Assembly (NCBI GenBank): GCA_963668675.2
Contig: CAXXMB010000001.1
Location: forward strand, 1,120,001-1,184,000
Source of the DNA: an uncultured Desulfatitalea sp.
GTDB lineage: Bacteria; Desulfobacterota; Desulfobacteria; Desulfobacterales; Desulfosarcinaceae
DNA length: 64,000 bases
Reading direction: 5' to 3'
Shown here: piece by piece, positions 57,641-64,000 of the stretch
How the letters are laid out: each line of letters begins with the position of its first letter
Position numbering within the stretch: position 1 is the stretch's first letter
Notes under the pieces: model-generated
The model's database searches: none
Told to the model about the DNA's origin: nothing
The model's input: the letters and a program-made list of their open reading frames with translations, nothing else
Program-made: the position numbers and the translations under genes

Positions 57641-59086
57641 ATGAGCCGTAACATTCTCGCCATTGACATCCGTCACCACTCGATCGCAGCGGTGCTTTTA
57701 AGCACAGGTCTTAAAAGCACCTCGATCGTTGCTGGTTATGAAGTGGCCATCCCCGATGGCGAAGCGGGTCAAAACCCGCTTGAATCGGCCCTGGCACAAC
57801 TTGCGGAAAAGGTACCTGCCGAACGTGGCGATATCGTGGTCGGTCTGCCAGCGGACCAGACGATCTATCGCCCCCTTATCGTCCCCTTTAAAGAAGATAA
57901 GAAGATCCGACAAATTTTGCCTTTTGAACTGGAACCCAACCTGCCGATTGATGTAGACCGGCTGATTATCGATTACATCCACAGCGATGCCTCGTCGGAG
58001 GGTGAGCTGATGACCGCTTCCGTCGACGGTCAGCACATCGAAGATCTCATGGAGACGCTCGACACCGTGGGGCTGCCCCCCCAATTGATCCTGCCTGGGG
58101 ATTTTCCGTTGGCGTCGGCACTGATCACCTACGATGAGCAGTTGCCATCTCAGGCCATGCTTCTCTCAATTGGGTCCCGCTACGCCACTCTGACACTTTT
58201 CGATTCAGGGAAAATCGCCCTGCTCAGATCGATGACGGCGGATACCGCCACCGACCAGGGGATGGAAACCCTGGCCCTGAAGATCCGGCAGACCCTTATC
58301 GCTCATGCCGAAATCTCTCCCCAGGGATTTACCCCCGGGGCCCTGTACATCAGCGGGCCGGCCTGCAACGACGACGGTGTGGTCCAACGACTCGAAACAG
58401 CGCTTGAGATAAAACCCGAAGTCGTCGATTTACGCAAAATAGTGCCATCCCTCAATGCCGGCGAAACGCTCGACACTTTGGGTCCAACTAATTTTAATGA
58501 AGCCATAGCCCTGGCCATCGTGGAATCGGATCACCTGCCCTGCCCCCGCTTTCACAGCACCGGATCGACCCTGCGCAATTACTGGAACGCCTACCGCCAG
58601 CATATCCGGGTTCCGGCCATATTGCTCATAATCGTGCTGCTCTTAGGTTTTGGCGGCGTCCTGTTTGAAAGCCACCTGTTGCAGAACCGGGTAGACGATC
58701 TCGATCGCCAGATGGAGGCGATCTTCAAGGCGACCTTTCCACAGGCACGGCGGGTCGGGGACGCCGGAGATCAGATGAAGAGTGAACTCAAGAAGGTGCG
58801 CACCGGAAACATCGATACCGGAGATAACGTTCCCAAAGCACGCACCATCGATGTTCTCATGCAGATCAGCCGTGCAATTCCCAAGGAGGTCGAGGTGTTG
58901 TTTACCCGCCTGGTTTTGAGCAGCGACGTGCTCACCCTTTCCGGCGAGACGGCGGCCTTCAATGTAGTGGACGACATCAAAAGCAGGCTGGAGAAAACCG
59001 AACTGTTTCAAACAGTGACCATTGCCTCGGCCAACATGGAGAAATCGGGCAAAAAGGTCCGCTTTAAGTTGAAGTTGACCCTATGA
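57641..59086 (+). CDS. gspL: type II secretion protein L
   Basis: Actin-like cytoplasmic domain (LAIDI, LPFELE), TM helix, periplasmic domain; position. Confidence 0.85.
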   Translation: MSRNILAIDIRHHSIAAVLLSTGLKSTSIVAGYEVAIPDGEAGQNPLESALAQLAEKVPAERGDIVVGLPADQTIYRPLIVPFKEDKKIRQILPFELEPNLPIDVDRLIIDYIHSDASSEGELMTASVDGQHIEDLMETLDTVGLPPQLILPGDFPLASALITYDEQLPSQAMLLSIGSRYATLTLFDSGKIALLRSMTADTATDQGMETLALKIRQTLIAHAEISPQGFTPGALYISGPACNDDGVVQRLETALEIKPEVVDLRKIVPSLNAGETLDTLGPTNFNEAIALAIVESDHLPCPRFHSTGSTLRNYWNAYRQHIRVPAILLIIVLLLGFGGVLFESHLLQNRVDDLDRQMEAIFKATFPQARRVGDAGDQMKSELKKVRTGNIDTGDNVPKARTIDVLMQISRAIPKEVEVLFTRLVLSSDVLTLSGETAAFNVVDDIKSRLEKTELFQTVTIASANMEKSGKKVRFKLKLTL

Positions 59087-59661
59087 ACACCTCTTCAATT
59101 CAATCGGCAATCGCCTCGATCCGTTCCTTCTCGCTGCCGTTCAATCTGCAGCGCAGGGATAAGATCGCCCTCTATGTAGGCGCCGGAGTTCTGGGGCTTT
59201 TCATCATACTTCAACTGATTATCTTCCCCATTTTGGATCGGGGTGAGCGGCTGCGCCACCAAATTGACGGAAAGCAGAAGATGCTACAGGAGATGAAGCT
59301 GATGCAGTCCGAGTATCGATCTCTGACCATCAACTCCAACAACAATGAAGCCCAACTCAAAAGGCGTGCCAAGGGATTTCGCCTCTTCTCGTTTTTGGAC
59401 GGTTTGGCCGGTGAGGGCAACATCAAGCCGAATATCATCTACATGAAGCCGTCAACCTCGAATCTGAAAAACAGCCCTTACGATCTCTCGACAGTGGAGA
59501 TGAAGATAAATGGGCTTACAATGGAGCAGTTGCTCAAGTTTTTGCACGGTGTGGAAAATTCTCCAAACATGGTCTGGATCAAACGAATCTCCCTCTCCAG
59601 GGGTGAAAAAGAGGCGGATCTGCTCAATGCCATCTTACAAGTGGAAACATATCAGCTCTAA
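59083..59661 (+). CDS. gspM: type II secretion protein M
   Basis: L.RRDK, TM helix, coiled coil, LLKFLHGVE; 4-nt overlap with gspL. Confidence 0.82.
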   Translation: MNTSSIQSAIASIRSFSLPFNLQRRDKIALYVGAGVLGLFIILQLIIFPILDRGERLRHQIDGKQKMLQEMKLMQSEYRSLTINSNNNEAQLKRRAKGFRLFSFLDGLAGEGNIKPNIIYMKPSTSNLKNSPYDLSTVEMKINGLTMEQLLKFLHGVENSPNMVWIKRISLSRGEKEADLLNAILQVETYQL

Positions 59662-59664
59662 ACA

Positions 59665-60534
59665 ATGAAAACGTCGAAAAAAATAGTTCTTTACACTCTC
59701 TACACACTGGCCGCGTTGTTCTTTTTCCTCTATCTGCGCTTTCCGACACAGATGGTGGGCGATCTGGTCGTGGCAGAGGCCGAGAAGGCGAAACCCGAAT
59801 TGCAGATCAGCACTGCGGGGGCCCATCCGGTATTTCCACCGGGATTGAAACTTGAGCCCTTCGCATTGGCCTATAGCGATGTCCCTATTATTCGCATGAC
59901 GCATCTGAAAGTGCTGCCGGGCCTGATCTCCATGTTCCGGCAAAACAAAGAGATGGATTTCAGTGGCCCGGTAGGTTCGGGATCGCTAAAGGGCCATGCG
60001 CAGATCGCACTGGACGAGCGCCGACCCAAAATCAATGTGGTCATGAATCTGGCCCGTGTGCCGATCGAAACGCTGGAAATACTCGATCTCTGGCCCGATT
60101 ATAAATTGGCCGGTGAAATGAACACCCATATCATCTTCGATAGCCGCAAAGGTGCCGGTGGGACGACCAGCGTCAATGCCGATATCACCCCGGCCAAGAT
60201 TGTTTTAAATGAGCCGCTGATGGGCATCGAACAGATGGAGTTTACCCAGATCGTTGCCGAGATGACAGTGACACCGCGCATGCTTCAAATATCGCGCTGC
60301 GAGGCATTCGGCAACCAGATAGAGGGAAAAATAACGGGTTCTATCATCTTCAGACACCCTTTGCAAAACAGCCGGATCACCTTGTCGTGCACGTTGAAAC
60401 CGCAGCCGGCGTTTGCCGCCGAACATAAAAACGACATGCTCGGTGGCCTGCTCGGTTCGGAATCCGCCCAGAAAAGGGGCGTCGTCTTTCGGATCAGTGG
60501 AACATTAGGAAATCCCAGCTATGTGGTACGATAA
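59665..60534 (+). CDS. gspN: type II secretion protein N
   Basis: FLYLRFP N-terminus, ISGTLGNP C-terminus; position. Confidence 0.78.
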   Translation: MKTSKKIVLYTLYTLAALFFFLYLRFPTQMVGDLVVAEAEKAKPELQISTAGAHPVFPPGLKLEPFALAYSDVPIIRMTHLKVLPGLISMFRQNKEMDFSGPVGSGSLKGHAQIALDERRPKINVVMNLARVPIETLEILDLWPDYKLAGEMNTHIIFDSRKGAGGTTSVNADITPAKIVLNEPLMGIEQMEFTQIVAEMTVTPRMLQISRCEAFGNQIEGKITGSIIFRHPLQNSRITLSCTLKPQPAFAAEHKNDMLGGLLGSESAQKRGVVFRISGTLGNPSYVVR

Positions 60535-61402
60535 CCTCATATCCACCCATCGGTTGACCGCCTTGGCGAATCTGGTTCTGCTCACGCTCGCCGCCTACTT
60601 TGCTGTCGGTCTTTTTTATCAGATCGCGGGCGCTCAGTTGAATCCGCCCGCATCCTTTGAGCAGGCCAAGGTTGTTGCCGAGAGCCAAGTCCCGTTAAAG
60701 GACAGACCGTTTGCCTACTATCAGCCGGTCATGAGCCGCGATCTGTTCAAAACGCTCAAAACAGCAGTTGCCAAACCTGACACCAAATCGGTGGATCTCG
60801 AAGCGCTGGAGCAGACCCAACTCAAGCTGAAACTGTGGGGTACCGTCTCTGGTGATGCCCAAAACGCCTATGCGGTTATCGAAGATCTTCAGAAAAAAGA
60901 ACAGAACCTCTACCGCGTTGGTGACAGCATACAGGATGCTACAGTAAAAGTGATCCTGCGGGAAAAGGTGGTTCTGGCTGTGGCAGGCAAGGACGAAGTG
61001 CTCGCTATGGAGGAGATCACCCAGGGCAGTTCGTCGTCGCCAAGGGCGATAGCGTCATCCCGGGGGCCGCGGCCCTTCCCGAGTCGCGCAACCCGGGAGC
61101 AGAAAATCTCCATTCGGCGAAGCATGATTGACGAATCCCTGAAGGACGTGAACAAATTGATGACTGAAATCGCCATCCGCCCGCACGAGGACGGATTGTC
61201 CCTCAGCAACATCAAACCCAATTCAGTATTCAGGCGCATGGGGCTGCGCAACGGCGATGTCTTGGTCGGCATCAATGGCCAAGAGATTCGGTCGGTTGAA
61301 GACGCAATGCGCCTCTATGAGGGTCTCAGGAGTGCCTCGGACCTGCAGGTGCAACTCAAACGACGCGGACGCGATCGCTCGATAAGCTATAATATTCGAT
61401 AA
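60521..61402 (+). CDS. gspC: type II secretion protein C (HR + PDZ)
   Basis: TM helix, LKLWGTV...AVIE, PDZ GLRNGDVLVGING. Confidence 0.88.
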   Translation: MWYDNLISTHRLTALANLVLLTLAAYFAVGLFYQIAGAQLNPPASFEQAKVVAESQVPLKDRPFAYYQPVMSRDLFKTLKTAVAKPDTKSVDLEALEQTQLKLKLWGTVSGDAQNAYAVIEDLQKKEQNLYRVGDSIQDATVKVILREKVVLAVAGKDEVLAMEEITQGSSSSPRAIASSRGPRPFPSRATREQKISIRRSMIDESLKDVNKLMTEIAIRPHEDGLSLSNIKPNSVFRRMGLRNGDVLVGINGQEIRSVEDAMRLYEGLRSASDLQVQLKRRGRDRSISYNIR

Positions 61403-61502
61403 TTATTATCAATTTTTTATTGACGCACCGGGGAATTGATTTTAAACTGAGCACCAAAATCCACGCAGCATCAGGCGTGGCAACGGATTGAAACGAACTG
61501 TT

Positions 61503-64000
61503 ATGAAACCTGGCATACGACTATTTTCACGTGTGATGATCATCCTTCTTTGCACGGTTGCCTGGATCGCGGCGACGACGCCAGCCTTGGCCCAGCCAGC
61601 AACCCAACCGGGCACCCCTCCTGCGCAATCAAACCAGCCAGCAGCTGCGAAAAGCAGCGGCCAGCAGTTGGTTTCCATCGACTTCAACAATGTCGATATT
61701 GGTGTTTTTATAAAATTTATCAGTGACTTAACAAAGCGCAACTTCATTGTCGACGACAAGGTGCGTGGCAAGGTCACCATTATCTCGCCCGGAAAAATAA
61801 CCGTTGCAGAAGCCTACCGCGTCTTTGAATCGGTGTTGGAGGTGTACGGATACACCACCGTCCCTTCGGGAAAAATTACCAAAATCGTACCTTCGCCGGA
61901 AGCACGCTCCAAGAACATCAAAACTCGCCTGCAGGAGGAGTCCGGAGCAGCCGGTGATGCCGTTATCACCCAGATCATCCCACTGCGCTATGCAGATCCA
62001 AACGAAATCAAAGGGCTTTTCACTCCCCTGGTCTCCAAAAACAGCGTTATTCAGGCGTATGCGCCCACCAACACCTTGATCATCACCGATGTTCACTCCA
62101 ACATCAAACGCCTCCTGCGAATTCTCAAAGCCATTGATATCACGGGGGTCGGGCAGCAGATCGCCATCATACCGGTGGAAAATGCCAGTGCGTCAAAAAT
62201 GGCCACGATGTTACAGACCATCTTCAAGCCAACCGGCAAGAGCAAGGCCGCCCGTTCCAGCGGCATCACCTTCGTCGCCGATGAGCGAACCAACGCCATC
62301 GTCGTCCTGGCCAGCGAAGGAGAAGTGGACAACATCCGCCAACTGATCAAAAGCCTGGACAAAGACACGCCCAAAGGCCAGGGCAATATCAACGTCTACT
62401 ACCTCGAGCACGCCACGGCTGAAGATCTGGTCAAGGTGCTGCAGGATATCCCCCAGAAGTCAGATACCGCCAAGGGGGGTAAACCGACGCAACCGGTGGT
62501 ATCCAATCAGGTGCGCATAACGGCCGACAAAGCCACCAACAGTCTGATCATCACCGCCGAACCGGACGACTACATGGTTTTAGAAGCGATCATCAAAAAG
62601 GTCGATATCCCAAGGGCCATGGTCTACATCGAAGCCTTGATCATGGAGGTCAACGTGACCAAAGATTTCGAGTTGGGCACCGAATGGATCATCGGCAACG
62701 AAGCTTCCCATGACGGCAAGGACATTGCTGTCGGGGGCGGATTCTCAGGCGAAGATTCAATCATTGGAGGAACGACATCAAGTGACGGAACACTTATTCC
62801 TTCACTGCCGTCCGGTATGGCACTGGGAATATTCGGCGAGGCGCTCAACATTTCGGGAATCTACTTTCCAAGCATCCAGGCCGTAATCAATGCATATAAG
62901 AAGGACAGGGATGTGCGCATCCTCTCTACGCCCCAGATATTGACCACCGACAATCAAGAGGCCAAAATCTACGTTGGCAAGAACATCCCCTTTCAAACCA
63001 CGGCCACGCTATCGACCTCGAGTGCCGGTGAGGTATACAACTCGTTCGAATACCGCGATGTCGGTAAAACCCTTAAAATTACACCCCAAATCAGCAAGGA
63101 CCGCATGGTGCGCCTGCTGCTCTCGCTGGAAGTCACCGCCCTGGAGTCGAACGCTGACAACCGCCCCATAACGCTTAAACGGACCATCGAAACCACTGCC
63201 ATTGTTCATGACGGTCATTCGGTGGTACTGGGCGGTTTGATCGATGACACCCAAGGGGCCACGGTCTACAAGGTGCCCTGTCTGGGAGACATTCCAGGTC
63301 TCGGATTTCTCTTCAGCACCCGCTCCACCGCATTCGAAAAATCCAACCTCTATGTCTTTCTCACGCCAAAGGTGATCCAGAGCCCCGAAGAGTTTGAAAA
63401 GGTATCAACAACCAAGCGGACAGAGATTGAGAATCTGCGCAGCAAGAGTATCGACCTTGATAAGAATAAGGATGCGCCCCCGCTCGAAGAGCTGCAAGTC
63501 CCGGCCCCCCAAAAAGAGCATGACGGCTACGTTCCAAAAGAGAATCCGCAGCAGAGCTCGAACACGCTGGGGCAACCCGATGCAAGTGCTGCACGGACAG
63601 CTTTCGAACCACCGTCCGAGCAACCCGGAGAGAGCACCGCACCTCAAACTGCCCAGAACGACAATCGCACGAAAGTAGAGACTGCATTGGCTGATGACGT
63701 GCCTCAAGCCCAGACCGAAAGCGCCACGCAGCAAATAGCGGTAGAACCGCAACCCCGCACCGTTGACAGGCCCGCCGCTGGTTCATCCGCCGCTTCTTCA
63801 GTGACGCCCCAACCCGCCGACACGGCCGTCGTTTCCTCTTCTGAACGTGATAAAACCATCTCCCCGGCAGCGAACAGCGATTCGAGCGGTATCGAAGGAT
63901 ACACCCTGCAGGTTGCCTCGATTCAGGACCCGGACAAAGCCAAGCTGCTATTGCTTGAACTCACCGGAAGGGGATATGCCGCCTACACGGTCCGCTCTGA
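61503..64000 (+). CDS. gspD: type II secretion secretin D with long C-terminal extension and SPOR-like domain (runs off the right edge)
   Basis: Absent from the ORF track; manual translation: signal peptide, SIDFNNVDI, DDKVRGKVTI, DERTN, ILSTPQILTTDNQEA, KVPCLGDIPGLG.LF, LYVFLTP, then a low-complexity linker and GYTLQVAS. Confidence 0.93.
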   Translation, partial: MKPGIRLFSRVMIILLCTVAWIAATTPALAQPATQPGTPPAQSNQPAAAKSSGQQLVSIDFNNVDIGVFIKFISDLTKRNFIVDDKVRGKVTIISPGKITVAEAYRVFESVLEVYGYTTVPSGKITKIVPSPEARSKNIKTRLQEESGAAGDAVITQIIPLRYADPNEIKGLFTPLVSKNSVIQAYAPTNTLIITDVHSNIKRLLRILKAIDITGVGQQIAIIPVENASASKMATMLQTIFKPTGKSKAARSSGITFVADERTNAIVVLASEGEVDNIRQLIKSLDKDTPKGQGNINVYYLEHATAEDLVKVLQDIPQKSDTAKGGKPTQPVVSNQVRITADKATNSLIITAEPDDYMVLEAIIKKVDIPRAMVYIEALIMEVNVTKDFELGTEWIIGNEASHDGKDIAVGGGFSGEDSIIGGTTSSDGTLIPSLPSGMALGIFGEALNISGIYFPSIQAVINAYKKDRDVRILSTPQILTTDNQEAKIYVGKNIPFQTTATLSTSSAGEVYNSFEYRDVGKTLKITPQISKDRMVRLLLSLEVTALESNADNRPITLKRTIETTAIVHDGHSVVLGGLIDDTQGATVYKVPCLGDIPGLGFLFSTRSTAFEKSNLYVFLTPKVIQSPEEFEKVSTTKRTEIENLRSKSIDLDKNKDAPPLEELQVPAPQKEHDGYVPKENPQQSSNTLGQPDASAARTAFEPPSEQPGESTAPQTAQNDNRTKVETALADDVPQAQTESATQQIAVEPQPRTVDRPAAGSSAASSVTPQPADTAVVSSSERDKTISPAANSDSSGIEGYTLQVASIQDPDKAKLLLLELTGRGYAAYTVRS

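Noticed and set aside
97..63904. Many alternative-frame and antisense ORFs in the track (e.g. 40938..41933, 44842..45885, 36293..37459, 31995..32876)
   Set aside because: They overlap well-supported genes, have no recognisable motifs, and are expected shadows in GC-rich coding DNA
1..64000. CRISPR array, IS element or prophage
   Set aside because: No regularly spaced repeats, transposase, cas or phage genes were recognised

Overview
Mostly core chromosome, probably of an anaerobic deltaproteobacterium resembling Desulfobacterales (inferred from gene content, not proven). Housekeeping genes: cysS (partial), folA, qor, gltX, mutM, a SMUG1-type uracil glycosylase, asd, fabH, nudC, acpH, tRNA-Leu(CAG) and ribF-def-fmt-rsmB. 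Larger systems: a complete rnfCDGEAB operon, two flavin/Fe-S oxidoreductases of the OYE/FadH family, and a type II secretion cluster gspFGHIJKLMNCD that runs off the right edge. Orphan signalling proteins (HDOD, PilZ, FHA-kinase, FHA-cyclase, pseudo-receiver) are scattered throughout. No transposase, integrase, prophage or CRISPR array was seen. Most interesting signals: (1) a sigma54 promoter between convergent genes that appears to drive a short RNA with an anti-Shine-Dalgarno/anti-AUG stretch and a perfect hairpin; (2) a GspD secretin fused through a long linker to a SPOR-like domain, plus a distant ExeA-OmpA ATPase paired with a secreted protein carrying three copies of an unrecognised ~60-aa repeat; (3) a degenerate SLOG protein, divergent from an FHA-adenylate cyclase, whose C-terminal domain also exists as a stand-alone gene; (4) several sigma28-type promoters on non-flagellar genes, two of them overlapping back to back; (5) an IshB-like HNH protein. 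All domain calls are by eye; no searches were run.
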